This document shows, piece after piece, positions 44,076 to 54,986 of a stretch of DNA of 64,000 nucleotides. A model generated the notes under the pieces. It was not told where the DNA came from and made no database searches. It saw only the letters and a program-made list of their open reading frames with translations. The stretch is from positions 62,001-126,000 of IMG/VR virus record IMGVR_UViG_3300035156_000206; one strand, written 5' to 3'. The position numbers and the translations under genes were made by a program. Numbering within the stretch: position 1 is the first letter of the stretch; each line of letters opens with the position of its first letter.

Positions 44076-45263
44076 TTAGTATCCAATTACGAGTACATGT
44101 GGGCGCGATTGCGAGTTGTATTGACCACTGTAACGCTGACGTTGTGTATATATGGACGATGTTGATGGGTACACCGTTTGGTACCACCAGTCACTCCAGT
44201 CCCCAGTTGATGAAACCTCCATCGACACGTACGCTGCAAGGAAGGCATTTGGGAACGTAATAGGGTAGGCAAGATATTGATATGGTTCATTGCCGTTAGC
44301 GGCTTCCCAATTTCCGCGAATCCATTGGACGATGAGACCACTTGGTAAACGTGTCCATCCTGATGTACCATATGAGCCTGTAAAGGCTGATTGGATGCTG
44401 GACGCAATATCAGAATCCATGACGATGTTACCCATGTCCGTATTGTCGACCGTGATCTTTGTTCTCGATCCTGACCATCCCATCTTTACTGTATTGGTGG
44501 ATTGACCAATTCCTGTACCTTGTTGTACTGGAGTAAAGCCGAATGATGCTGTATTGCCAGGAACGCCTTGTGGGCCCTGAGGACCTGGAACATTTGATGC
44601 TGGACCAGTTGCTCCGGTAATCCCTTGAGGTCCTTGCGGCCCTTGAGGACCCTGTGGCCCTGTTGCTCCTGTTCCACCAGTTGCGCCTTGTGGACCTTGT
44701 GGGCCCTGAGGACCTGGAACACTACTATTCAATCCAGCTGGGCCTTGAGGACCTGTTGGACCAGGAGTCATGGCCCTGTTGTCGACATATTGCTTCGTTG
44801 CCGCGTGCAGTGGGGATGTTGGATTGGCATTGAGTGTCAGGAAGCCAGTCATTGTGTCGCCTGACCGAGCAACTTTGGCTGCAATGGCTGCCGTAACAGC
44901 ACCACCAGTACCGTTGTCACCCACGAAGTTCCACGATCCTGTGGTACCATCATGTGAATACACTTTCAGTAGACGCACCGAATAGTCGAACCAAAGCTGG
45001 CCAACAGTTGGAGCTACGGGTGCAACACCAGCACTAGCAAAGTTCTCAAGGATGTGAACGATTGCTTCGCCGATGCGTTCACCATACTGGGTGATCCCCA
45101 TTCCTGGAATGGTAATAGACGTGTTATACGACGTTGCAGTTGAGTCAGGTGCAGCTGTGATTGGCGTTAGAGGGCCATTCGTTGTATTCGGGTCAATCGT
45201 AAAAGGCGCTTTGCCTGGGACCGATTCGTCCGTGAAATTGATGTTATATGGAATTCCGAGCAT
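44076..45263 (-). CDS. Tail fibre with collagen-like repeats
   Basis: ENFA...P..P..GQLWFD; GDTMTG.L; (GPQ)n; FTPVQQG; [12 protein letters not shown]. Confidence 0.85.
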   Translation of the reverse strand: MLGIPYNINFTDESVPGKAPFTIDPNTTNGPLTPITAAPDSTATSYNTSITIPGMGITQYGERIGEAIVHILENFASAGVAPVAPTVGQLWFDYSVRLLKVYSHDGTTGSWNFVGDNGTGGAVTAAIAAKVARSGDTMTGFLTLNANPTSPLHAATKQYVDNRAMTPGPTGPQGPAGLNSSVPGPQGPQGPQGATGGTGATGPQGPQGPQGPQGITGATGPASNVPGPQGPQGVPGNTASFGFTPVQQGTGIGQSTNTVKMGWSGSRTKITVDNTDMGNIVMDSDIASSIQSAFTGSYGTSGWTRLPSGLIVQWIRGNWEAANGNEPYQYLAYPITFPNAFLAAYVSMEVSSTGDWSDWWYQTVYPSTSSIYTQRQRYSGQYNSQSRPHVLVIGY

Positions 45264-45291
45264 GTTCTACCTCATTTTAGATATTGTGTAT

Positions 45292-45546
45292 TTATGGAGC
45301 GCAGTCCAATACCATTTCACCCTTGATGATTCTAAGGATTACTCGTGGGTCCACAACCTTGCAATGGGCTTGCACTTCTGCAATCCGTCGCTTGGGAATA
45401 TCGTAGTGAGGATATGAACTACCTCTATGGAACCAGCACCGATTGATATTTAGTTCAATTGCCATCCGGTGCAGATTCTCAATAGAATACGGCACACAAA
45501 CGAGGTGCCGCATTTCATCACAGTAGTACATTAGATCAGGACTCAT
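45292..45546 (-). CDS. DUF4031-like protein
   Basis: HL...LH..A..L...R.WF......HYD. Confidence 0.65.
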   Translation of the reverse strand: MSPDLMYYCDEMRHLVCVPYSIENLHRMAIELNINRCWFHRGSSYPHYDIPKRRIAEVQAHCKVVDPRVILRIIKGEMVLDCAP

Positions 45547-45995
45547 AGTCTACCTATGGTTAGGTGAAACCAACGCTTCGTAGTTGGATGACCATAAAAA
45601 CCACGAACACTAGTCAGATCATCACACAGTGCATTCAACCACCAATGGTTTCCATTGGTGTAGACATCATGTGTATATTGTACAAGTACTTCTTTCCCAT
45701 CATCATGCCCCCACTCCGGGCCATTGATGAGTGAGGGCTCACCACGGATGGCTGATACATGGGCACCCCATTGTGTTTTGTGTTGAAGTTTGATTCCAAA
45801 TCTGACGTATACCATTTGAGCATAGTACCGAGCGATCTCGTCGTCAACGCGGACTAATAACCAATCGTCGATGTACTGAAGAGTGCCAACTACACTATGA
45901 ATGTAGTTGTCACCCTCCCGGTCACGGTATGTGGTGTTGAGACGCCCAAAGGAACTGCCCAGTACATGGGTCCCTTGTGACGTATCGATATGCAT
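45543..45995 (-). CDS. 2H phosphoesterase-like protein
   Basis: AHVSAIRGE and FHLTIG: two Hx(S/T) motifs. Confidence 0.65.
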   Translation of the reverse strand: MHIDTSQGTHVLGSSFGRLNTTYRDREGDNYIHSVVGTLQYIDDWLLVRVDDEIARYYAQMVYVRFGIKLQHKTQWGAHVSAIRGEPSLINGPEWGHDDGKEVLVQYTHDVYTNGNHWWLNALCDDLTSVRGFYGHPTTKRWFHLTIGRL

Positions 45996-46996
45996 CAGAA
46001 GTCTTCATCAAACGAAACTGATCCAGCTGTGTCAACAGAATACTCTGTTACCTTACGCTCGAAGAAGTTCGTCAGTGGTTGCATACTTTGCAGGATCATG
46101 AAGTCGAATGGGTTGGCTACATTGTATTGTGCTTGGTAACCTAAACGGACAGCACGCTGGTCTGCACTGAATTTGAGGAAGTTTTCCATGTCGTTGATTG
46201 TGAAGCCAAGTACGCCCAAGCTAAGTGCATCCTTAGAGAACATCAACTCACAGCCAATTGCTTCAGCCATCATCGCGTGTACTTGAGCTTCCAAGTCAGC
46301 ATCAAACAGATCGGGCTCTTCACGACGAATCGTGTCAATGACCATGAATGCAAAGCGCATGTGGAATGATTCGTCACGGAACACCCAGTCAGTACCTTCA
46401 GCTAAGCCAGGCAGGAGGCCTTTGCTGCGGAGGTAGTAAACGTAGGCAAATGCACCCATGAAGAACAGACCTTCAATCGCACAAGCAAATGCAATGATAC
46501 CCATTAGGACGTCTTGCTTGTCCTTGCGCGTTACAATGCGGTCAATCGTCACGAGACGGTCAATCCATTTTTGTGCGAAGTCTGCCTTAGCTTTAATTGA
46601 TGGAATGTTGTCTACGGCCGCAAATGCTTCCGCTCGTTCTTTTTCGTCCGGGATGTACGATTCGAGCAACTGCAGATAGAAGTCGACGTGTACGGATTCT
46701 TCGAAAAGCTGACGCGAGTAGTACAGGCGTGCTTCTGGAGAATTGACGTGTTTGTACAGATTCAACACGAGGTTGTTCGATACGATGCTGTCGCCCGTAG
46801 CAAAGAAGGCTACCAGCCGTTTAATGAGGTGAGCTTGGCCTGGTGCGACCTTGTGGCGGAGATGCTCCAGATCTTGGGAGAAGTTGACTTCTTCCGGTGT
46901 CCAGCGGTTCTTGATGGCTTGTTTATAAGCCTCATAGAACTCTGGGTATTTCATTGGTCGTAATGTAAGATCAAATCCTGGATCTAGGAGTGACAT
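45995..46996 (-). CDS. nrdB: Ribonucleotide reductase class I beta subunit
   Basis: W.PEE, FFATGD, ESVH..FY, EGLFF, RDESFH, NFFE. Confidence 0.95.
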   Translation of the reverse strand: MSLLDPGFDLTLRPMKYPEFYEAYKQAIKNRWTPEEVNFSQDLEHLRHKVAPGQAHLIKRLVAFFATGDSIVSNNLVLNLYKHVNSPEARLYYSRQLFEESVHVDFYLQLLESYIPDEKERAEAFAAVDNIPSIKAKADFAQKWIDRLVTIDRIVTRKDKQDVLMGIIAFACAIEGLFFMGAFAYVYYLRSKGLLPGLAEGTDWVFRDESFHMRFAFMVIDTIRREEPDLFDADLEAQVHAMMAEAIGCELMFSKDALSLGVLGFTINDMENFLKFSADQRAVRLGYQAQYNVANPFDFMILQSMQPLTNFFERKVTEYSVDTAGSVSFDEDF

Positions 46997-47077
46997 GGGT
47001 TATCCTTGTTGATGCGTAATATAGTCCTGACAGTATACAGCAGTTCCTGTTCTAGTTGCAACCGCTTGCAGGATAAA

Positions 47078-47104
47078 AATAAGGGGCTCGTGAGCCCCTT
47101 ATTT
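47078..47104 (-). terminator. Hairpin or terminator between nrdA and nrdB
   Basis: AATAAGGGGCTC-GT-GAGCCCCTTATT. Confidence 0.75.
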
Positions 47105-47107
47105 ACC

Positions 47108-49504
47108 TTATTGACAAGACTCGCAAGACTCTGGGTTCTCCAGACTACATACGATGATCTCATCATCCGTGTACTCCTTTTTAGGAGTTGGAACAGCGTC
47201 AACTGCTCCGGAGACCAACTTCTCTACACGCGTTCCAGCACGGCTACGCAGGTAGTAAGTCGTCTTCAGGCCAAGCTTCCACGCCTTCATGTACATTGAC
47301 GATGCTTTGCCAATGGTGCAATTTTCCATGAACAGATTCAGGCTCTGTGATTGATCGATATAACGGCCACGAACAGCAGCGAGCGTCATGATCGGCATCA
47401 TCGAATATTCCCATACCGTACGGTGCTTACGCGCCAGACGATCAGGAATGCCACGGATGTTCTGTACTGATCCATCAGCAGCAATGATCTGTGCGCGTAC
47501 TTCTGCTGTCCACATGCCGATTGCTTTCAGGTCACGTACCAGTTCAGCACTCACCTGTGTGAATTCGCCTGACAATGTCTGACGAGAGAACAGATTCGAG
47601 ATGGTTGGTTCTGTGCATTCGCCCACACCAACGATCGAAGCAATCGTAGCTGTTGGAGCAATTGCGATACAGAGACTGTTGCGAGTACCGTGTGTACGGA
47701 TGTCTTCGCGCAGTTGTTCCCAATTCATGTCACCAATCACAGGCGGTGCAAACTCACCCTTGCCCAGCAGTTCGTCTTGCAGATCAAATTGCAGCTTACC
47801 TTCAGCCAGACGTGAGATCTTGAAGTTCGGGAACGGGCCAAACTCTTTTGCCATTTCAACCGATGCCTTCATTGCGTGGTAGTAGATGAAGCCGTGCACA
47901 TCGTTGACCAGCTGCAGAGTCTCAGGATCATCAAATACCAAATCCATCTTGTGCAACATCTCTTGGGTACCCATTACGCCGAGACCAACAGGACGCCACG
48001 CGTGGTTGGAGTTCTTTGCTTCGTGACGTGGGTAGAAGTTCTTGTCGATGACACGGTCTAGACCACGCATTGCTTGACGCACAACAACAGCCAAATCAGC
48101 CCAATTTACTGTACGGTCAGCATTGATGTAGGCACTCAGTACAATCGAGCCAAGGTTACATACTGCAATGTTGTCCTTGTCAGTAACTTCCAGGATCTCG
48201 GTGCACAGATTTGAGCTGTGTACGGTGTGACCATTGGTTTCTGTGACTTGATTGCAGAGAGCGTTGGAACGGTCTTTGAAGTTCATCCAACCATTGCCTG
48301 TCTCGCATAGAGTCTTCATCATGCGGAACCAAATAGTCTGCGCAGGAATACGCTTATACCATTTTGGCTTCTTCTCCATAGCTTCGTACTTCGCTTCCAG
48401 AGCCTCATATGCAACATCAAAGCGATCGCCCCATAAGTCGTTCAGAGCCATCACTTCTGGGTCAACGGTGGAGAACAATGACCAGTCACCTTTTGCTTCG
48501 ACGCGGCGCATGAACAGATCAGGTACCCAGTTAGCCAGATTCAGATCGTGAGCACGACGCTTTGGATCGCCAGTGTTGTCACGCAGTTCTAGGAATTGGA
48601 TCAAGTCGCCGTGCCAGGTTTCGAGGTATACAGCTGCGGCACCCTTACGTTTCCCGCCCTGATTTACAGCATTCACCAAAGCGTCTTGCGCATGGATGAA
48701 TGGAATAATTCCGTTGGATAAGCCGTTTGTGCCCTTGATCAGTGAGTCAGTCGAGCGTACGCGCGAGAATGGCAGACCGATACCACCAGCCCACTTTGAC
48801 AGCAAACCAACAGCTTTGTAGCCATCGTAGATTGCATCCAGATCATCATCTGGCGAAGGCAACAGATAGCAGGAGCTCATCTGTGTGTGCATCGTACCAG
48901 AGTTGAACAGTGTTGGCGTCGATGTGAAGTACTTGTGCTGTGCCAGGATGGTGTAGAATGCGATTGTTTCTTGCACATCACCTGTGTAGATGCCGGCTGC
49001 TACGCGCATCAGGAAGTACTGTGGCGATTCCAATACTTTGCGGGTCTCAGGATGCTTCAGCAAGTAACGATCGTACACCGTCTTGAGACCAAAATACTCA
49101 TACTTGTCATCCAGGGAAGAATCGATCGAAGCGTTCAGCTTACGAGCGTTCTTTTTGACAAATGCTGCAACTTCGGCACTGACTAGGTCAACACTGTGTG
49201 ATGCTGCGATACACTGGGAGAAAGATTGAATCTCTTGGTTTTGTACTTCTTTGTTGATGACATTCATCAAGATGCGTGCACAGAACTTGCTGTGATCAGG
49301 CTCTTCGTTTGTCAGCCACAGGGCTTTATCAATCGACAGTTCATCGATCTGTTGAGTTGTAGCACCATCATATAGCCCACCAATGACTTTAGTGGCGATG
49401 GTGAACGGATCAACGTTCAGGCCTACGGCAACCTTGGTCATCGACTTGACAATCTTGTTCAGATTGGCTTCTTCCTTGGTACCGTTTCTTTTTACTACAT
49501 GCAT
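47108..49504 (-). CDS. nrdA: Ribonucleotide reductase class I alpha subunit with ATP cone
   Basis: VVKRNG, TPTLFNSG, SSCY, SNLCTEI, CNLGS, APTAT, C-terminal CESCQ; no intein. Confidence 0.96.
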   Translation of the reverse strand: MHVVKRNGTKEEANLNKIVKSMTKVAVGLNVDPFTIATKVIGGLYDGATTQQIDELSIDKALWLTNEEPDHSKFCARILMNVINKEVQNQEIQSFSQCIAASHSVDLVSAEVAAFVKKNARKLNASIDSSLDDKYEYFGLKTVYDRYLLKHPETRKVLESPQYFLMRVAAGIYTGDVQETIAFYTILAQHKYFTSTPTLFNSGTMHTQMSSCYLLPSPDDDLDAIYDGYKAVGLLSKWAGGIGLPFSRVRSTDSLIKGTNGLSNGIIPFIHAQDALVNAVNQGGKRKGAAAVYLETWHGDLIQFLELRDNTGDPKRRAHDLNLANWVPDLFMRRVEAKGDWSLFSTVDPEVMALNDLWGDRFDVAYEALEAKYEAMEKKPKWYKRIPAQTIWFRMMKTLCETGNGWMNFKDRSNALCNQVTETNGHTVHSSNLCTEILEVTDKDNIAVCNLGSIVLSAYINADRTVNWADLAVVVRQAMRGLDRVIDKNFYPRHEAKNSNHAWRPVGLGVMGTQEMLHKMDLVFDDPETLQLVNDVHGFIYYHAMKASVEMAKEFGPFPNFKISRLAEGKLQFDLQDELLGKGEFAPPVIGDMNWEQLREDIRTHGTRNSLCIAIAPTATIASIVGVGECTEPTISNLFSRQTLSGEFTQVSAELVRDLKAIGMWTAEVRAQIIAADGSVQNIRGIPDRLARKHRTVWEYSMMPIMTLAAVRGRYIDQSQSLNLFMENCTIGKASSMYMKAWKLGLKTTYYLRSRAGTRVEKLVSGAVDAVPTPKKEYTDDEIIVCSLENPESCESCQ

Positions 49505-49519
49505 CTATTTCTCCTAATT

Positions 49520-49975
49520 TCAGCTGGGGGTGTCTAATTTCGTGACCGGAATGTAATGGCGATTGAGGTAATCAATGCCTTCAGGTGTACGGTCATATTC
49601 TCGTTTGTAAAACACACGTGCGATGCCAGCGGCTGCTATCAGCTTGGCGCAGTCGAGACACGGTGAGTATGATACATATAGGTCAGCACCTTCAACTGCG
49701 ATACCATGTCTGGCAGCGAACCCAATCGCATTTGCTTCACCGTGAAGTTCATTCTCGATGCTAAATTGGCGATGGGCCACATCCATAGTGGCTGAGTCGT
49801 AATCGGGGAAGTGCTCACAACAATGTTTGGCTCCTGCAAGTACACCATTCCATCCTGACACAATGCTTCGTCCGTTCTTGACGATGGTGCAGGCAACTTG
49901 GATACGTGCGCAGGTGGAGCGACGTTCATACACACTGAGGATATCTCGGTATGTGTCTTGGTCTTTTTGGCTCAT
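49520..49975 (-). CDS. dCMP deaminase
   Basis: S.C.R..V, GWNG, HGEANA, SPCLDC. Confidence 0.93.
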   Translation of the reverse strand: MSQKDQDTYRDILSVYERRSTCARIQVACTIVKNGRSIVSGWNGVLAGAKHCCEHFPDYDSATMDVAHRQFSIENELHGEANAIGFAARHGIAVEGADLYVSYSPCLDCAKLIAAAGIARVFYKREYDRTPEGIDYLNRHYIPVTKLDTPS

Positions 49976-50133
49976 TACAGGTCCGGGTTAGTTACAATCA
50001 CGTCCATTCTAACCGATGAAACATGTTCGAGTCAAGAAATTTGTTCAACTATTTATTCCGCTCTCAAGTGGCGCATAAATAACCTTGTAAGGAAACACAT
50101 CTTGCGCCTTTTCAACAACTTGGGAACCTATTT

Positions 50134-50367
50134 ATGGACAACTCAATCGATCAGTCGATCAAACAACTCTCCTCTGCATTCTACAAGGCCACTCGTGGGT
50201 CAGGTGAAAAAGCAGTCCGTGGCACCAACCTGTTTCGTCTGCAAAACGAATTCTCGTACCTGGTTGATGGTATCAAGCGTGGGCCAGCGTATATCGCCCC
50301 TAAGCTGATCTCAGCAGCCAACGAGTTCATCAATGTTGAAGTGCCACGTGTACTGTCAGCAAAGTAA
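50134..50367 (+). CDS. Hypothetical protein
   Basis: Follows ATAAATA near 50077; divergent from the minus block. Confidence 0.7.
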   Translation: MDNSIDQSIKQLSSAFYKATRGSGEKAVRGTNLFRLQNEFSYLVDGIKRGPAYIAPKLISAANEFINVEVPRVLSAK

Positions 50368-50370
50368 GAC

Positions 50371-50907
50371 ATGCATCTCTCTGAGATCTTGGATGTGCGG
50401 CGAAAGCCGCATTTGGAGCAGCTGTTCCTACTAAGGAATAGTTGTTCTGAATACTTGCATGAATCTAAGGGCTTGCCCATTTTCAAGCAAATCCCTGCGG
50501 GGATAACTGACTCGATCGCTAGAATCAAGGTGAGACACAAGTCGAACCCTATTAATAAGTACTTTGGTGAATCTGTTCTTCAATCCAGTAATGGTGGCAA
50601 AACAATCATCGAGTCAAGGTCATCCCCCTACCCCGCCGGTCAAAACTTTTGGATGTTTCCCATAAATGGATATAGGTACCTCTATAGCCCAGAAGTCCAA
50701 GATTACAGATCGAGCATCAAACATATATTAGAACAAACGTCTGATCAGGACATAATTCGTGAGATGGTGCAGGAGATGCACATCAGTACAAACCTGGTTG
50801 AAGGCATCGCATCTGCGACAGAAATTCTGTGGTATGGAATTTCGTCCTATTATGCGGTTGACTGTTCTAGTTTCATGGACTACAATGAGCTGTTGACACT
50901 ATTGTAG
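50371..50907 (+). CDS. Hypothetical protein
   Basis: N terminus MHLSEIL. Confidence 0.75.
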   Translation: MHLSEILDVRRKPHLEQLFLLRNSCSEYLHESKGLPIFKQIPAGITDSIARIKVRHKSNPINKYFGESVLQSSNGGKTIIESRSSPYPAGQNFWMFPINGYRYLYSPEVQDYRSSIKHILEQTSDQDIIREMVQEMHISTNLVEGIASATEILWYGISSYYAVDCSSFMDYNELLTLL

Positions 50908-50918
50908 CAGTCCAAGAC

Positions 50919-51155
50919 ATGAAAATTATGCAAGCCGTGAAATGGTTGGGAACAGCCATTATTGTTGTGGGTGCTGCCACTTTGGCAATTAGTCCAGAGT
51001 TCGCACACACATCAATTGTACCATTCCTGATGATGTTGATTGGTCAAACGATCTACATCTTCTGCTCCTTGCAGATCAGAGACTGGCCTACTATTGCGAT
51101 GAGTGTAGGGTTCATGTGTATCGACCTATATGGTGTTTTTGTTCGACTAACTTAA
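50919..51155 (+). CDS. Small multi-TM protein
   Basis: Three hydrophobic segments. Confidence 0.7.
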   Translation: MKIMQAVKWLGTAIIVVGAATLAISPEFAHTSIVPFLMMLIGQTIYIFCSLQIRDWPTIAMSVGFMCIDLYGVFVRLT

Positions 51156-51171
51156 ATAATGGAGTAACACA

Positions 51172-51456
51172 ATGAATGTAGTAGCATATCGTATGGTAAA
51201 CGGCGACGAGATCCTTGGTCGCGAAGAAGGCCAGGACACTAACCGGGGTACTGTTACCCTGACCAAGGTTCGCCATCTGATCGTACAGCGTACGCAAGAA
51301 GGCCTTGGTGTGACGTTGATGCCTTGGGTATTCAGCGACATTGACACTGCCGTGACGGTATACACCGCCCACATTATGGCCACATTTGAGCCATCTGCAG
51401 AGACGCTCGCGTCATATCTGCAACAAACTACCGGAATCGCTCTCGCCAGCGCATAA
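51172..51456 (+). CDS. Sm-like fold conserved phage protein
   Basis: RMVNGDEILG..L.PW; SD GGAG. Confidence 0.6.
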   Translation: MNVVAYRMVNGDEILGREEGQDTNRGTVTLTKVRHLIVQRTQEGLGVTLMPWVFSDIDTAVTVYTAHIMATFEPSAETLASYLQQTTGIALASA

Positions 51457-51462
51457 GAACCA

Positions 51463-52401
51463 ATGAAGAATGATACTTTCACCTGCGATACATGTAAAAA
51501 GGCTATTGACCTAATCAACAAGCCTTCGGGAATCACTGCGTACCCACGTTGTGTGATTACCAAGAATTGCCGAGGCCTAATGAGCCAAGTCAATAAGCTG
51601 TTTGTATCCGATGAACAGTATCACAATTCCGGAACCTCATCGGCTGCTTGGTCAAAGCGGCCTTTGATCTACGATCACAAGCAGCTTGCTGCGCGTAAAG
51701 TGTGGAACTTCGATCACAATCTTGGCACCCAGCCAATTTTGAATGTGTATGCCGAAGATCTGGAAGGAAACCTCCAGCAACTCGACAGCAGTCAATACAC
51801 AGTGACGTTGCTGTCAGACTCAAAGGCTATCATTGCCTTTGGGACTGCACTAACTGGTACTGTACAGTGTCTCGTACGTCAGTCAGCCAACAAGGTTGTC
51901 TACTCGACAACTGAAGCTACTGCCGCACCTGTAAAGACACGTCTTCTGTACAACCAAACAATTGTGCTAGCTTCTAAAGTAGCAAACATCTCGACCCTCA
52001 CCCTCGTTGTAAACTCATCCCCTCAAAAGGTGGTGACATTGAGTACTGATCCCTCAGCCTTGGCCAAAACACCATGGGTCGACATCCAGTATGTTACAAT
52101 CAATAATGAGCGGTACAAGCTATTCAGCATTGATGCTTCTAGCCTGTCCGCCGGCGAATCAACAACCGCGTCCTTCTGGTTTTCCCTTGTTTCAGGAGCT
52201 GTTCCTGTACGTGGTGAGACGTATGTGCTGCTCGCAAAAGAGCCATATGCGCACAGTGTGGATAAGTTATTATCAAGCGTGGTCGATATTTCGGTGGTTA
52301 ATCCCACATTCCAGAGCTTCACATCTTTGGTCGCCAATACCCTGTATTGTGATCCAAAGTTGGTAGCTTCCGTCTATCCTCCTATGGAACTATCTGAATG
52401 A
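51463..52401 (+). CDS. Putative virion structural protein
   Basis: W...HNLG..P...V motif; N-terminal CxxC. Confidence 0.55.
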   Translation: MKNDTFTCDTCKKAIDLINKPSGITAYPRCVITKNCRGLMSQVNKLFVSDEQYHNSGTSSAAWSKRPLIYDHKQLAARKVWNFDHNLGTQPILNVYAEDLEGNLQQLDSSQYTVTLLSDSKAIIAFGTALTGTVQCLVRQSANKVVYSTTEATAAPVKTRLLYNQTIVLASKVANISTLTLVVNSSPQKVVTLSTDPSALAKTPWVDIQYVTINNERYKLFSIDASSLSAGESTTASFWFSLVSGAVPVRGETYVLLAKEPYAHSVDKLLSSVVDISVVNPTFQSFTSLVANTLYCDPKLVASVYPPMELSE

Positions 52402-53705
52402 ATAACAAGAAGCAAAAACTGTTATTAGAATACCTCGCATCATCCCCAGACCTATTCGCACTTTGCTCTGGGATCGTTAAACCAAAGTACTTCGATCCAG
52501 AATATCGCTCTGCGATGACCTTCATCCAGAAGTATTATCTAGAACACAACGCCATCCCAGACACAGATCAAATCGAAGCTGAGACTGACGTTGTGATCAC
52601 CACGAAGCCAATTACCAAAGACCAATTCAAGTACTGTTCGAAAGAGATCGAAGCATTCTGCAAGCAGAGTGCTATGATCGAGGCTGTACGCTCGGCTCCA
52701 GCATTGATTGACACCGAAGACTACGGTGCTTTGGAAACAAACATCAAGAACGCAGTGACCGTGTCTCTGAATAAGAACATGGGTGTCGACTTCTTTGCAG
52801 AAGCACGTGCAACACTGGAACGCTTGCTGTCATCAGGGCAAACAATCAGTACTGGTTGGGCTGACGTTGATGAAGTGCTGTTTGGTGGCCTACAACGTAA
52901 GCAACTGATTCTCTTCTCGGCTGGTTCGGGTGGTGGTAAATCAATCACCATGCAAAACTTAGGGCTAAACCTAGTTGCACAAGGGCTAAACGTCCTGTAT
53001 TTCAGTCTTGAGCTGTCAGAGGAACTACTGTCAGAACGTATGGCATATCTGCTGTCTGGTGTTGGTAAGCTGCAGATGCGTGAGAAGTTTGAAGACATGA
53101 TGTATGGCATTAGCCAGTTTGCAGCAGCTCAGACCACCGGTAAGATGATGTTCAAGCAGATGCCAGCCGGTATCAATGCAAATGACATGAAGGCCTACTT
53201 GAAAGAGTACGAGCTGATGTATGGTCACGTACCAGACGCAATCATTTGCGATTACCTGGATCTGATGTCTCCTTGCGACAAAGTATCAGCGGACAATGTG
53301 TTTGAAAAAGACAAACGTGTAGCAGAAGAACTGCGTAATATTGGTATTGAATACAACCTGATGATGATCACAGCATCCCAGCTGAATCGTTCGTCTGTTG
53401 GTGCCGATGTGATTAACCACAGCATGATTGCAGGTGGTATCTCCAAGATTAACACAGCTGACGTGTACATCACAATTATCCTGAGCGAAGCACTGAAAGC
53501 TGCTGGCGAGATTGCATTCAACTACCAGAAGACTCGTAACAGTGATGGTGTGGGTAAGACAACCTATCTTGGGTGGGGTAAGTCAAACCTACGAATATCC
53601 AACAAGGACAAGAACGAATCAAGCATCCTCAAGCCTGTAATTGCAGCGGTTGATAAGCGGGGCAAGAGTCGTCTGGTTGGTATGTTTGATGATATGGATG
53701 ACTGA
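52398..53705 (+). CDS. Replicative DnaB/gp41-like helicase
   Basis: AGSGGGKS Walker A, FSLELSE, DYLDL, TASQLNR, KTR. Confidence 0.93.
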   Translation: MNNKKQKLLLEYLASSPDLFALCSGIVKPKYFDPEYRSAMTFIQKYYLEHNAIPDTDQIEAETDVVITTKPITKDQFKYCSKEIEAFCKQSAMIEAVRSAPALIDTEDYGALETNIKNAVTVSLNKNMGVDFFAEARATLERLLSSGQTISTGWADVDEVLFGGLQRKQLILFSAGSGGGKSITMQNLGLNLVAQGLNVLYFSLELSEELLSERMAYLLSGVGKLQMREKFEDMMYGISQFAAAQTTGKMMFKQMPAGINANDMKAYLKEYELMYGHVPDAIICDYLDLMSPCDKVSADNVFEKDKRVAEELRNIGIEYNLMMITASQLNRSSVGADVINHSMIAGGISKINTADVYITIILSEALKAAGEIAFNYQKTRNSDGVGKTTYLGWGKSNLRISNKDKNESSILKPVIAAVDKRGKSRLVGMFDDMDD

Positions 53706-53782
53706 TCTTAGGCATAAATACATCTTAAATGGCACTTCTCGAAGCGCCTTCAATAAATAAGCCATACATTAAGAGGACGATT

Positions 53783-54985
53783 ATGACCCATCAACACAAA
53801 AGTAACACTTGCCCTGGATGCAAAGCAGTCGAAAATTACCGCTGCATGTCCAAGGACAAAGTAATGACCACTGAAACTTGCATCAAGTGCAAGGCCAAGG
53901 CTATCACCGAAGAAGCAGCAGCTGGCTCGTCAAGTGCTACTGCTGTTGCTGGCTTTCAAGGACGCATGTTCATGGGTGCAAAGAAGCTAGCCCGCCGTAA
54001 GGTGCCAGGCGAAGCTGCTCCAATCCCTATCATCCAATACTCAAACAAGAAGCTGTCTGAAGCAACTCGTCATTCGTTTAGCGCGTTCCTCGGTGAAGGC
54101 GATGACAACTTTGACTCGGTGGATGTGATCTCAAAACTGTCACAGAACTCCAAAGTTGCTGATGAGCTAGATGGTGATGAATTGGCAGTATTTGGTATGG
54201 AAGCAGATGACGGATCGATTACCAAGGTATACATCCCACACGAGCAAGCCAAAGAATTCGAGCGTGCTCTGGGCGATCGTCTGAAGGATACCAAAGATGC
54301 AACTGGCGAGGAAGAGATCGCAGGCATTCTATTTGACCTCAAGGATCGCTTCAAGATTGTTGACGTTAAGTGGCCAACAGTGCAAGAAGATGAAGAACAA
54401 GCTCCTGCTGCTGGTGCCGCTCCTGGCGCTGACCCAATGGCTCCTGGTGCACCTGGTGCTGATCCGATGGCTGCTCCTGGCACAGATCCAATGGCTGCTC
54501 CTGGTGCTGTAGGCCCTGATGGTGCTCCTGTTGACCCAATGGCAGATCCAAATGCTGACCCAATGGCTCCTGGTGCCGCTGCTCCTGCAGACACTGGCGA
54601 CATGATTACCCAGATCTTGGATATGTTGCGTCAAGATGCTGAAGCTCGCAAGGCTGATGCCGAAGCCAAGACTGCTGATGCAAAAGCCCGTGAAGCCGAT
54701 GCTGCTGCTCGTACCGCTGCTACCAAACTGCAAGGTGAGGAAGAAGTGATGGATGCAGAAGCCCACTTCAAGGAGAAGAAGGAAGAAAAGAAAGAGGGCG
54801 AACGTCTCAAGATGATCGCACGCTTCCGTCAAGAGACCAAGATGGATCAGGACTCACGTGCACCAATGCCAGCTCCTAAAGAGCAGGAACAAGGGCCAAA
54901 TGACGAAGAACCTAAGGCTGAGGAAGAAGAGTCTGTAACCATGACCCGTCAGACCCTCCTGAATATTTTACGTGGGGGTCGCTAA
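53783..54985 (+). CDS. Acidic late protein with GADPMA repeats
   Basis: Two ATAAATA motifs upstream; SD AGAGGA; about seven DPM(A) units; charged coiled-coil tail. Confidence 0.75.
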   Translation: MTHQHKSNTCPGCKAVENYRCMSKDKVMTTETCIKCKAKAITEEAAAGSSSATAVAGFQGRMFMGAKKLARRKVPGEAAPIPIIQYSNKKLSEATRHSFSAFLGEGDDNFDSVDVISKLSQNSKVADELDGDELAVFGMEADDGSITKVYIPHEQAKEFERALGDRLKDTKDATGEEEIAGILFDLKDRFKIVDVKWPTVQEDEEQAPAAGAAPGADPMAPGAPGADPMAAPGTDPMAAPGAVGPDGAPVDPMADPNADPMAPGAAAPADTGDMITQILDMLRQDAEARKADAEAKTADAKAREADAAARTAATKLQGEEEVMDAEAHFKEKKEEKKEGERLKMIARFRQETKMDQDSRAPMPAPKEQEQGPNDEEPKAEEEESVTMTRQTLLNILRGGR

Positions 54986-54986
54986 T

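Noticed and set aside
44076-45263. Diversity-generating retroelement or invertible tail fibre
   Set aside because: No reverse transcriptase, template repeat or invertase found in the window
53729-53782. Upstream start MALLEA for the 53.7 kb gene
   Set aside because: It overlaps promoter motifs; a good SD precedes ATG 53783, so it was not counted as a capsid-targeting peptide
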